NCBI RefSeq assembly: GCF_001194135.2
Contig: NC_068983.1
Span: 167,110,678-167,174,677, forward strand
DNA from: Octopus bimaculoides
Taxonomy: Eukaryota
Length of the DNA stretch: 64,000 nucleotides
Reading direction: 5' to 3'
Position numbers and translations under genes: made by a program. Shown here one piece after another: positions 51,837 to 63,770 of this stretch (position 1 is its first letter; every line of letters begins with the position of its first letter). Under the pieces are notes generated by a model. The model saw only the letters and a program-made list of their open reading frames with translations, did not search any database and was not told the DNA's origin.

Positions 51837-52846
51837 CTAGCTGTTTTCCCGGTTTCACTCGGGCAGTATGGTGGATTTGGTTAAAGGCTATTTCCTATGT
51901 GTATTTTGATTAATAAAAAGAACTAAAAATAAAAAAAACAAAAATTCCAAGAACAAAAAAAAAGTAAGAACAACCCAAAAACAATATGATGCTAAGGATT
52001 TTGCGGGTCGATATTGTAAAACTAACTTCACGTGTGTACCTATAGCCCCATGTAGTCACAGAACCTTATTTGTGGTATAACCTCGCCTTAAAAGAAAAAT
52101 ATATGGTAGTGCGGTTGTTGTATTGGCGACACAAGAATGTTAATCGAAACTGTTCAAGATCAATCATAGGTTGGACGTTCATGTACACTGATTAGAATTG
52201 TGAATTTCAATTATTGAAAACGCGTTCCCGGATGGATACAATTGTGCAGAGTCCGTTTGTCTCAATATGGAAAAGCTGTTTGAATGTCGACGTTTGAAGA
52301 CATTTGTAACTGAAGTTNNNNNNNNNNNNNNNNNNNNNNNNNNNNNNNNNNNNNNNNNNNNNNNNNNNNNNNNNNNNNNNNNNNNNNNNNNNNNNNNNNN
52401 NNNNNNNNNNNNNNNNNNNNNNNNNNNNNNNNNNNNNNNNTAATTAGAAAGAGCGTAAGCTATAGCTTTTTTTTTAATGCACAAAAAATTGAAATTATTT
52501 TTTTTCTGTGCCTCTGATTAAAATTTTCGAAAAACAAACCCAGCCACATTACTTGGAAAAAAATAATCTTTATTGTGCTGGTTTTTCGTAAAATTTCGCG
52601 CATGGGAAAGGCAACAAAATCGCCCCTCCCCACTTTGAATGAGATATTCCTATCTTAAAAAGTAATAATCGATTATCTCAGTAACCATGGGAGTTGGAGG
52701 GCAATAAAAATCTCCTGAACATGAGCGGACCATGCTGCCGCTCTGTGCTGAATTTCACGCGATTCCACTTCACCGTTCTCGAGTGAATCTGCCGACACTC
52801 AATCAATCAATCAATCAATCAAGAACATTGCAATTTATAGTATAGA
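51837..52846 (-). mobile_element. Non-autonomous Helitron-type element (spans an N gap)
   Basis: Minus strand: A|TCTATACTATAAA 5' end, (TTGA)n near the 5' end, 3' hairpin CCCGAGTGAAACCGGG then AAAACAGCTAG|T. This is the canonical TC...hairpin-CTAG in an A|T site. Continuity across the gap is not verifiable. Confidence 0.65.
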
Positions 52847-53232
52847 TGAGATATTTGAAAATTCTGGTGATTTCAGACAAAATCCAATCCGATGACATTC
52901 ACTCATGACTTTATTAACCTGTTCATTGATTGATTTTAAATGTCATCTAAAATTCAGTTAATTTAAGACTGAACTCGCCACCTTTAGGGCCAAGCAAAAA
53001 CTACAAGATTAGAAATTTCCATATCCGTCTGTATGTTCTGTATGTATTGCAAGTCAGGTTGAACATAAAAACCCCAACATAAAACAACAGTTAAGTAGGT
53101 GATGTTTTTATTTATATATCTATTATTATTTAGCTTCTGTATTTTCTACAATGGAACAGTGTCAGATATATTCTCGTGTTGATTTTACTGCAGATATTAT
53201 TAGATAGCATAGCTGTTCTATCGGATGTTCAA

Positions 53233-53606
53233 GTTTTCGTTCGCAAAATCGTCAGAATTTATTAAAATTTTCTAAACTGATGTAGTTTTGCATGTCAAAT
53301 TGGATTCATCTTTCATAGAAATCAAAAATAAAAAAGACTTCTAAATCTTTTAAGTTTGGAAATTTTAGCCAACTGGAAGCCTCTATTTTTGTAATGTTTC
53401 CATTTTCTTATCAGTACTTGGAAATTGCGACTTCTTTTGTGTCAATAACAGAGACTTGCTATTGGCTAAAATATCAAACAGTAAAAGCTTGGCAACTTTT
53501 AAATGATTTATTACAATGAAAAGTGAATACGATTTTCGTCATTGGCATGCAAAATTACATCAGTGTGGAAAATTTGAACAAAATCTGACGATTTCCGAAT
53601 GAAAAC
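53233..53606. mobile_element. Foldback MITE with ~85-bp imperfect terminal inverted repeats
   Basis: GTTTTCGTTCGCAAAATCGTCAGAATTT..CTGATGTAGTTTTGCATG vs CATGCAAAATTACATCAG..AAAATCTGACGATTTCCGAATGAAAAC. Confidence 0.75.
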
Positions 53607-56075
53607 CATAAAGACCCGTACTTCGGTGTATGTATGGCTTTCATTATTGTCTAGAAACTTGTACATTTGAGGTTAATGGTTAGGACTACATTGTCGAATA
53701 TCGTTTCTTTATATAAGACAGAGTGTGATCTTAAGAGAGATTACACTGCTATTTATATCGAATAATGACGTACAGACTTCCATGTTAGTTCAGCAAGTGC
53801 TACGTTGAAATGGACTATGAAAATGTTGGTTCCAATGGAACAACTTCTACAACGATGGAAAATTCCGTCGCAGCATTTCAACACTCCTAGATATAAACTT
53901 AAAAAGATAGAACGGTTTCGGTTGGAATATCCTTGATCATTGGTCTAATCAAGTCTAAACAACAATAGCACCAACGTAGAAATCGGGTAAAACAAAATTA
54001 GCCATGCACTCTTTCTGCTTCAGTGCTATGAGCTATTATTAAGTAAATCATGCCATTAGAAGTATACTATTGGGACATTTTTCCCCGTTAGCTGATCAAA
54101 AATAGATGAAGAGAAAGAACGTCATAAATATTGCATTGATTTGTATCGCAAAAATAAATTGATTATGCAGCATATCAATTACTATAAATAACCGAGTATA
54201 TGATTTTACGCCATTTCCTTCCCTTGCATCAAGCATTTTATTTATATGTGTCATTCGGAAGTGTGATTTTTTTTTCCAAGCAGATTTTTCTCATGACGTT
54301 AGCAATGATCATAACGGTAAACCGTGTTGGCTGTTTTTAATTAAAAAGAAGTGACATCCTATAACTTCATGTAAACAATCTGTGTAACATAAATAATGTA
54401 CAGAGCGTACATACATTTTATGTAACATTGAAAAAAAAATCACATTTAAGTTGTGTATAGCACGCTGGAATGGTGTACTTCAGCTGCTATTTCTGAACTA
54501 CTTAAGATATCACTGGAAGATGCTATACAATTAAGTGCTTGTGAAAGCGGCACCAGGAGGGGGTTCTGTTAATAAAATTGAGAGATTTCACCAGATCTTT
54601 TTATGAAGTTATGGGACTTCGCTGTCGTCATTATTTTCATTTTTGAACCCTTAAACTGCATGTTAAAGAATAGCAAATACCTGGTACTGCTAAATTCGTT
54701 CTCCGTTTCGCATTCTTTTTTAATTTTCACAAAGAGAATAAACAGGTCTGGCATTTATACCATGATTGGTTGTCTATTATTGTAAAATTTAACAAACGAG
54801 AAAAAGAAATATATATGTTTCTATCTTCGCAGGAAACATAACTCATTTGGTCTAAAAAAGTATTTAGTTTGGGTCCAGAACGAAACCTTGCAAAAAAAAA
54901 TTTGACATTTATTAAGACGAAATTCCACCAAATCTGTATAATGTTTCATAATCTTTTTATATCTATAGTTCGGCTTTTAAGTAAAATGTTTAAGTAATAA
55001 TATTAAGAAGTAAAGCCAGAATTTTCTTTTTTTTCTTTTTCTCATCCATTATTTTGTATAAATATTCATTTATATAAATCAAAACATGGCAGCAGGAGAT
55101 AAACAAATATTCTTTAGTCCCTCTGACGTTTAAAGGTTTCTGCTCTCACTCTCTCTTTTCTGTTTCTCCTTCAAATTAAATAAAAAGAATTGGTCGGACA
55201 TTGAAGTGTTTCTTAGATGTAGCATGTATAGTGGCACTAGCTTTCGAAACCGTGCCAGTCCTGTTGCAGATATTGGCTAAGACATATCAACTAATCTTAG
55301 CCTACATTTCAGTCAATTGGATTTCAAGTGCATTCGTATGATCGCGCAGTTCGAATTGAAATTTCCGTGTAGTTTTCCACCAGAACATGGTCATAAATGA
55401 GAATAGGACAAGCAGCGCAGTGGTCCGAGAGAAAGCAGAGGTTTTGTAGAGGATTCGTGGTCGCAACCTGAACAAATATCCAAATTCTAGCGAACCAATT
55501 CCTACACACGAAACTCCGAATATTCCTGCTGTAAGTCGCTCGTTGATGTTGATTATAGTAGTAACATACAAAATAAACAAAATTGTGACAGAATGAAATT
55601 TAGAAGAAATTCTCTTAGATTAAAATGAACTGTCCTTTGTTCATTTAGGTTTGACTTTGCTTCAAACCTAAATGAAGAAATGATAAATTCAGCAGTTACA
55701 GTATCTTTTAAAACTGTCATATTGTTACATTGAATACAAAAGAAAACCTATTCCAACAAGTTAAGACAACAGACGAGATATATTCAGTGTACTTAAAAAC
55801 TGATAAACGATAACATACTTATCTGCAAGATTTGTCCTAAATATTCCTATCTTTTTAAGACTTTGCTAGCATTTTCTACTCGACATCAAAATCGCTTACT
55901 ATTCCCACAAGAATTCTAGCACTGCTGTTTCGCTTCCTACTGATTATCTGTTAAAAAAAAAGATCTAGTGAACAGGGACACACAACAGACGTGTGTGTGA
56001 ACGTATATATGTGTGTATGTGAGAGTGCTTATTTATGTATATGCTTGTATATGTATATATATGTACGTGTGCGTG

Positions 56076-56147
<72 letters not shown>

Positions 56148-56591
56148 TACAAAGAGAGTGAGATACGCACGCATATATAATGATACCTATGTGTATGTAT
56201 ACATGTGTTTCTTTCTCTCTATATATATACACACACATATACAGACACACATATGGGGAGTATCTTTTCTTTTATACGTTTAATTGAATACGTGATTGTG
56301 TCCAAGTTTTGTCTTTTTTTAATTTTAGATTTTTCGGATTTTCTTAGTTTTTTTTTTACAGTTGGTTTGAAACAATAATTCCTTTAAATTCATATTCAAT
56401 ATTTTTAGACCTTCTTAGTTTCATTTCCAAGAATTCTCTGTTGTTTTTCTCTATACTAGTTGAATTCATATAGATTTTCCACCATAGGTTTAGAAGGGAA
56501 CGAGAAATATTTCTTTTCTCTTTGCGAACGGTGAAACTTGAGACATAAACCTATAAGTAATAGTTTTAAATATTGGATAGAAAAAAGTGAA

Positions 56592-56664
56592 GGGTGCTCG
56601 TGGGACTCGAAACAAGCTCTCCTCTAAACATAACAAGTGTTCTGCCATTGTACCAAAGCAATCC
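56592..56664 (-). pseudogene. tRNA-like pseudogene (more decayed copy)
   Basis: GGATTGCTTTGGTACAATGGCAGAAC...TTCGAGTCCCACGAGCACCC followed by a T-run; homologous to 56921-56994. Confidence 0.5.
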
Positions 56665-56920
56665 ATCGACTTTCTCTAGCCATTTTAGAAACTTTGTTTT
56701 TACAAACGAGAATTGTATATTGCTGGCACCATAAGGAGTCAGAAACTTCAGCACTTTCTATCAAAAAAGTTTTTTAACCAAATGTTATTTATAACTCTTC
56801 TTCGAGTTTCACCTTTCCAAACAAAAGAAATATTTCACGTTTTCTCGAAGGTCTAAATTTTTATGACATCCTATCTCACTGGTAAGAATGAAGCTTCCAA
56901 AATGGAGAGGAAAATTCGAA

Positions 56921-56994
56921 GGATTACCTTGGTCCAATGGTAGAACGTCTGTCTGGTTTACAAAAGATGTGACTTCGAGTCCAACGGTCAGCCT
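56921..56994 (+). pseudogene. tRNA-like pseudogene (most similar by eye to tRNA-Arg/Trp; anticodon not reliable)
   Basis: ~74 nt; A box TGGTCCAATGG, B box CTTCGAGTCC, residual anticodon stem TCTGT/ACAAA, mismatched acceptor stem, downstream TTTTT. Confidence 0.55.
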
Positions 56995-57616
56995 TCAAAT
57001 TTTTATAACCAAAGGGATTTTAACCCTGTATTTACACGCTGTTATTTATAGCCTTACTTGCTTCGAGTTTCACCATTCCAGTAAATAAATAAATAAATAA
57101 ATAGAAATGCGGAAGGTGGGATTTAGTTGTGTCTTTTCTGTACACTATAACTAATATCTATAAAGAATGGGAATAAACATACGTACAAAGATATATATAT
57201 ATGCATCAAGTAATTACTCAAAAACGAATTGAATAACATCTTTAAAAACCCACATTCTCTGATGACTTCGTATGTGAACCTTGGAGTGCTGGACGAGGAT
57301 ACCTTAGGAAAGATTTGGAAGAGAAACCCTCCGCTGACTGCAAACATGTGATACATGACTATGTTTCCTGTAAGCTTGAGAAGGATGATAATATTAACAT
57401 GAATTGTAGCTTTTCTTGCATTCTTGACCGTTATATCACGCCACATCCCGAAGATTAGGCTTTTGGTAAGCCTTGAGTAGACGATTACAATGATGTATCT
57501 AATGAACAAACGGGACAATGAAACCCTTAAACTCCAAATATCTAACCATAAACATAAAGTTATTCATTCTTTTGTGGATGGCATAACACCTGTAATCGGC
57601 AGCTGACCAAAACTAT

Positions 57617-57700
<84 letters not shown>

Positions 57701-58124
57701 TAAAATAGGAAAATGGAAATATTTTGGTATTATTTATTCTCCGTCAGACGTATTTCATTTGCTAATAGGAATCATTAACATTTACATGTTAGATAGACAT
57801 ATAGAGAATTTCCTATTAGAAACTTTGAAGTTGTTTACATGTCTAACATGTAAATCTTTTTGATTCCTATTAGTAAATGAAACACGTGTATTGGAGAATA
57901 AATAATATCAAAAGATTCTTATTTTCCTATTTTACATTAACTCTGCAAATAGTTTTCCCGTAATTCTCATCTTTAATATATATTTCGACTCACAGCACTA
58001 ACTATGAATTCATATTGACTGTGATATTAGAATAAGCAGATGTACTTCAAGAAGAAACAGCAGGGATTTACCCTAACTTATGTGTGTGTATATGTATATG
58101 CATATATATGTATATATATATATA

Positions 58125-58156
<32 letters not shown>

Positions 58157-58779
58157 NNNNNNNNNNNNNNNNNNNNNNNNNNNNNNNNNNNNNNNNNNNN
58201 NNNNNNNNNNNNNNNNNNNNNNNNNNNNNNNNNNNNNNNNNNNNNNNNNNNNNNNNNNNNNNNNNNNNNNNNNNNNNNNNNNNNNNNNNNNNNNNNNNNN
58301 NNNNNNNNNNNNNNNNNNNNNNNNNNNNNNNNNNNNNNNNNNNNNNNNNNNNNNNNNNNNNNNNNNNNNNNNNNNNNNNNNNNNNNNNNNNNNNNNNNNN
58401 NNNNNNNNNNNNNNNNNATTATACGTTTTTTTTATCTTCTTCCTCTCTCTGATATAGTATATATTCATATCCTGTCCTAATGTACACGTTTTTAATATAA
58501 TACATGTAAATTTATAACTTCATCATACCGTATATATTTACCCATTATTTGTTATATCATAATGTACCTTTATATATCGTAATGTTTTAACTTAAATTGT
58601 CATATTTTTATACAATTTGGAAATTATGCATGTTTATAAATATTTTTAAATAAATATTTTGAACATTCATGATATTTCTAAAGTTTATATCGTTGTATTT
58701 GCCTGTCTTTTTACCGTACCTTTTAGACACTTTAGAGACTGAAAACTATAAATATATTTTTTGATTCTTGAAGGAATTG

Positions 58780-58836
<57 letters not shown>

Positions 58837-59169
58837 TATATCTTGCGTTGGACATATGGTATTGTTCCTGTGGTTTTCCACCCATATGTATCTATTTTTA
58901 CTATAAGATGTATATATATATATACATACATAAACACGCGCGCGCGTACACGCATACATATAGAAAGAAAGACATGTACAGCCATATTTAACGTGTTCGC
59001 GTACGTTCGGACATAGAGAAACAAATGCTGCACAATTTGTCCCAAGAGAAGAAATTCAAGAACACACACCCAGATTCTCTATAAGAAGAAATTCTTCTCT
59101 TCGAGACAACTTGTGTAACGCATTTGACTTTCTATGTTTTAATGTACACGAACGTTAGATATGACTGTA

Positions 59170-59211
<42 letters not shown>

Positions 59212-59880
59212 ACTTGAGCAGAATAAAGCACGAGAATTAATTTTTCTTTTTATTATAGCATCATAATTTATGGTGCTATATAATATTTAATTTATTCAAT
59301 TCTCACGTATGCATTGTAAATGTTATTAAAATACATAGCAAAAGAAAGTCAGTGGAGAAATTGTTGAATACTTGAAAGAAATTTGAATATGCATAAATTT
59401 ATACTGAGTTCTAAGGGTCGGTTGATCGCTATGCCATCTTATTTGAAGTAGCAGTTCTTACCCGCGCGCGCGCGTATGAGTATACGTTCCAGCTACTAAA
59501 ATATGCCTCAACTGGAGAGTATAGTATGCTTCATTTCCCCCACTCCAAGCCAATACTCCATGATATGGCATTCAAACCGGATGGTATGTAAGTTATTTAC
59601 ATCATTCAGTAGATATCTTCAGGCAAAATACCCAGGGGTACAGCAAGAAACAATTAAGCTATTTCCAACCTCTTGAGAACTCGACATTGTAGCTCAATAT
59701 TTCAAGGATGTTACCTTTATTTTATAGACATTGCAACAACCAATGGCAGCAAAGCATTTTTTGTCAATGTAACATTAAAAAAAAATTGGACTGTCATTTC
59801 CAACATGATTATCCGACATTTGTCAACTCTTACTTAATCTTGGTGACTATTAATTCTGTATTAGACACTGAACTGCTAAC

Positions 59881-60005
59881 ATGATACCTGTACTGAAAAA
59901 TTTGAAGAGAAATGTTACGAGCAATTCCAATACAGCATTCATCGACTTCACTAATATTTTTGATTCTGTGAATGGCAAAGTAACTTGGTGGCGTATTCAA
60001 TGGCA
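59881..60005 (+). mobile_element. Very old LINE reverse-transcriptase remnant
   Basis: IPVLK..TAFIDFTNIFDSVN (cf. AFIDF.KAFDSV). Confidence 0.4.
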
Positions 60006-60747
60006 TACATATTCATTCTTATATTCTAGCAAGTTGGAAAGTGAATGTATTGTCGCTGATGTATTTCATCTCCGAAGAACAACTTCTCCTTTTCGACAAT
60101 GTCTGTTGACAACAACACATTCGATTCATTGATGTAAAAGGACTTTGAGACACCACTTGGTTTCAATCTCGTTGTCAAAGCTCGGTTCAATGAATCTAAA
60201 CAAGAATTTTGGCTTTTGTTTATAGAAATCAGTAAACAATTTGCTGATGTTTGTTGGTCTCTGCCACGCCAATAATCGATCACGTGCACGAAGAACAACA
60301 AAAATTAAAGCATTGACTTTCATTCCAGCAGATTCAAACATGAATAAGCTAATTCTCTGTCACCAAATACAACAAGGATTAGCATATTCATGTTCGATTC
60401 TATCAGAACATATTAAAAATGAATATCAGGTCATTGTTTAGTTTCACTCTTTTCCTGCACCTCACAATATATTACGTAAATTCTTTCTCCCAAACCCAAT
60501 GTTGAGGAGTGTGTTCTTTATTTATTTTTGGGCTCTATTCTTAAAAGGAAGCAATTTTGGAAGTATACCTTTGCCACCATGGGTAATAACAGGAAATATG
60601 GCCGGTGTATATAAATTAGTAATAATTTAACTTTTATCAAATTTCTTCGTTTTTTTTAATTACAAAATAGTGAAATGTATACTAATTTTCAAAAGAAAAA
60701 TATTTATTACTCTAAACTTAATGTGTGTGTGTGCGCGCGTGTATGTA

Positions 60748-60780
<33 letters not shown>

Positions 60781-61672
60781 TTGTGTGTATCTATAATTAT
60801 ACACATACCCCTCCCCCCTTCTCGAGTGTATCTGTATTCATTCTCCCTTTACCGAATACGGACATGTTTCTAAGTTTACGTTTAAATGAACATATTTTTT
60901 CTTTATGCTTCTTCGTCTCACCAGACTTTGTTTTCTAGAAATCGATTTAAAACATTGTTTTACACATCGAACTACTTAATTGCCTTTTCAATTGATGATT
61001 CTGGTCTGCATTGTATCATTTTTATTGTTTTTCAAATAACTTTTCAAATATGACATGCTTCAATTTCCTTCATAATACGTTTATAATTGACTACCTCCCT
61101 CCTCCAGCTCTCTGCCTATCATTTCCCTTTCCCTCTACATATCTCACTCGCTCCTTCTCCTCTCTGTCTCCCTCCTCTACCTACGACATTCTTCCCTTAC
61201 TCTCTTTCTCTCATCCCCCTTTTATTCTCTTTCTTCTTTTTTTAAAAATTTTTATTTCTACAATATTCTTTACGCTTTACTGTACCAGTTTGAACTGTTG
61301 CGCTTTCAACCTCAATTCCTTTCTCTTTCTAAATATTCTGTATATTTTCTCTCACCCCTCAGTCTCAGTGATATTTCCTCTCTCTCTTTACTCATTGCCT
61401 GCCACCAAACCAAGTATTAGCGTCAACCCTTTATTCTTATGTTAACTCTGTATCTCTCTTTTCTTCTCTCTCCTCACTAACGGATGAGAATCGTGAGTGG
61501 AGAATTCAACCAACAAATCCACCAACAGTTATATCGGTTATTATCAAATGTGTGTGTGTGTGTGCGTTTGTGAGTTTTTCTCTTTGTGTGTATATATGCC
61601 GGTCCATTTTCTTAATTCTACCTGCAAATAATCTGTCTTTTCTCTCTCCCTCAATGTACATTTTTTGTTTGT

Positions 61673-61930
61673 GGCGTGGCTCGTGCTTAACGTGTTTGGC
61701 TTGCAATCGTAAGGTCACCCATTCAATTTTTGGAGTCCGCGGCGCATCGCGTTTTTGGGCAAGGCACATCATTTTACATTGCTCCAGTCTCCATCATTTT
61801 ACATTGCTCCATCTGTTAAAAATGAATAGGGGTGCAGTAACAGTGCAACTCTCCTACCTCCCAGCTGTTCTGTGGATCAAGGGGTGAAAGGGCTGAAGGG
61901 ATGCCTGTGTCTGCTCCTGAGTATATAAAC
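61673..61930 (+). mobile_element. tRNA-derived SINE (45500 family) with a small internal duplication
   Basis: GGCGTGGCTCGTGCTTAACGTG..TTGGGCAAGGCACATCATTTTACATTGCTCCA (duplicated). Confidence 0.65.
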
Positions 61931-62044
61931 ATCTACAAGAAAAGAAAAAATAATTTACGGTACATATACATGGTCATACTCGCTTGCGAGTGACGGCTTG
62001 GGGTTCTTTCATTTCTTTTAACTCTGCCTACCATCAGAATGAGT

Positions 62045-62096
<52 letters not shown>

Positions 62097-62162
62097 AACT
62101 TTTTCATCTTAGTCCGTTTGTTAACCAGTTTATCTCTGTCTATCTATCTATCTATCTATCTA

Positions 62163-62195
<33 letters not shown>

Positions 62196-62235
62196 TTTTC
62201 CGTCTGTCTGTCTATCTGTCTTCTTTCCTCTCTCT

Positions 62236-62288
<53 letters not shown>

Positions 62289-62522
62289 ATATGCGTGAAA
62301 TTGCTGAGAACCTTTGGCCGATAACTGATGAGGATTTGATGACCTTCTGTGTCTGTTTTCCGTTTTATATAGGCCAACAGGTTTTAGGGTACTCTTTATG
62401 GCGAGAAACTTAGAACAACCCTATAAACCGGCTTTCACCAATAATAAATAAATAAATATATATGTTTTTTAACTTATGGATCTCTTTAGTTTGGCTCACA
62501 GATAAAAAAATTTTTTTTATAA

Positions 62523-63015
62523 AACTAAACTGTTTGAAACTTCGTATACTGGCGTAATTTCTCACGCTGAACACGGTTTACTTTCAACATTTTTGATAAA
62601 ATTTCATATTTTAGAAGTTATTTCGTGTTAAAGCTGTCGTATTTGGGTAATTTTAACCAATCAACGACGTATTCAGCTGAAGAAAGCTACTGCCGTTTGC
62701 GATAGTAATCGAAGAGCAACAACTTTCGGGTCATCTCTACTAAATATATTTTTCAACAACGTGTGGATTATTCGGTGTGTTTGAAAAATACATTTAGTAG
62801 AGATGACCTGGAAGTTGTTGCTCTTCGATTACTATCGCATACATCAGCAGGTCTTTTCAACTGAATACACGTCGTAATTGGTTATAATTACCTAAATACA
62901 ACAACTTTAACACGAAATAACTTCTAAAATACGAAATTTTGTCAAAAATGTTGAAAGTAAATCGTGTTCAGCGTGAGAAATTACACCAGTATACGAAATT
63001 TCAAACTGTTTAGTT
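62523..63015. mobile_element. Foldback element: ~235-bp inverted arms (62523-62756 and 62781-63015) with a short spacer
   Basis: AACTAAACTGTTTGAAACTTCGTATACTGG...CCAGTATACGAAATTTCAAACTGTTTAGTT; the arms align along their whole length with scattered mismatches. Confidence 0.88.
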
Positions 63016-63770
63016 AAAAAAAAAAATTTTTAACCAGTAATAGATAAATAAATAAATACACGCGCGCGCACGCACACACACGCACAAGTAATATAATATA
63101 TTCTCTAATTCCCTTTCTCCCCTACCTCCTTCGCCGTCTCTCTCTCTCTCCCCTCTTTCTCTTTCTCTCACTCTCTCTCTCTCTCGTTGCTCACACGTGA
63201 CCATCGTCATCTTTTCCCTCACGTGACCATCTTCCTTTTCCTGCTCGGACATCTAAACAACTGGACGTTTTTTTTCTCTCTCTCTCTTCTATCTTTTCTT
63301 CTTTCAAAAAAATATCTCCCCTAGCGTTCACTATTCTCCTTTCGTTCCGGTCTAACGACCCTCCATATCTGTTTTCGTTCGGTTTCCTTGTATGTCTCCA
63401 CTGTTATTTTTTTGTTCCCAACTTTGACCCTCCATAAATCCTAAATTTTATTTTAGCATTTATGGGAGCTACTGTCTTTGAAGACTCATACTGTCGTTTG
63501 AATGCTCGAAATGAGTAGATAGACAACCGACAACTGATGAAGGGTCCCTTTTCTGTGTTAACTTGTCCTGTTTTCCATTTTTTTCTCGTTGTTTATGTAT
63601 TTCACTCGTTTTTGTCCTGAAATTACTGTCCACGTCTTGTATCTATCTCCTGTATGTATGTTATTTGCACCGTTGGTGACGTCCCATACCCATATATGCA
63701 TTATATGCACATATATATATATAATATAAAGTAAAGTTGTGGAATACCGTACGAATGGAAATATATATGA

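Noticed and set aside
55302-55580. Possible mariner N-terminal remnant (CRNWFAR)
   Set aside because: Only a 7-residue resemblance, with no supporting downstream motifs or TIRs.
56851-56887. Apparent 31-nt exon with good splice sites (GLNFYDILSH)
   Set aside because: Lies inside the duplicated tRNA-like unit flank; more simply explained as chance.
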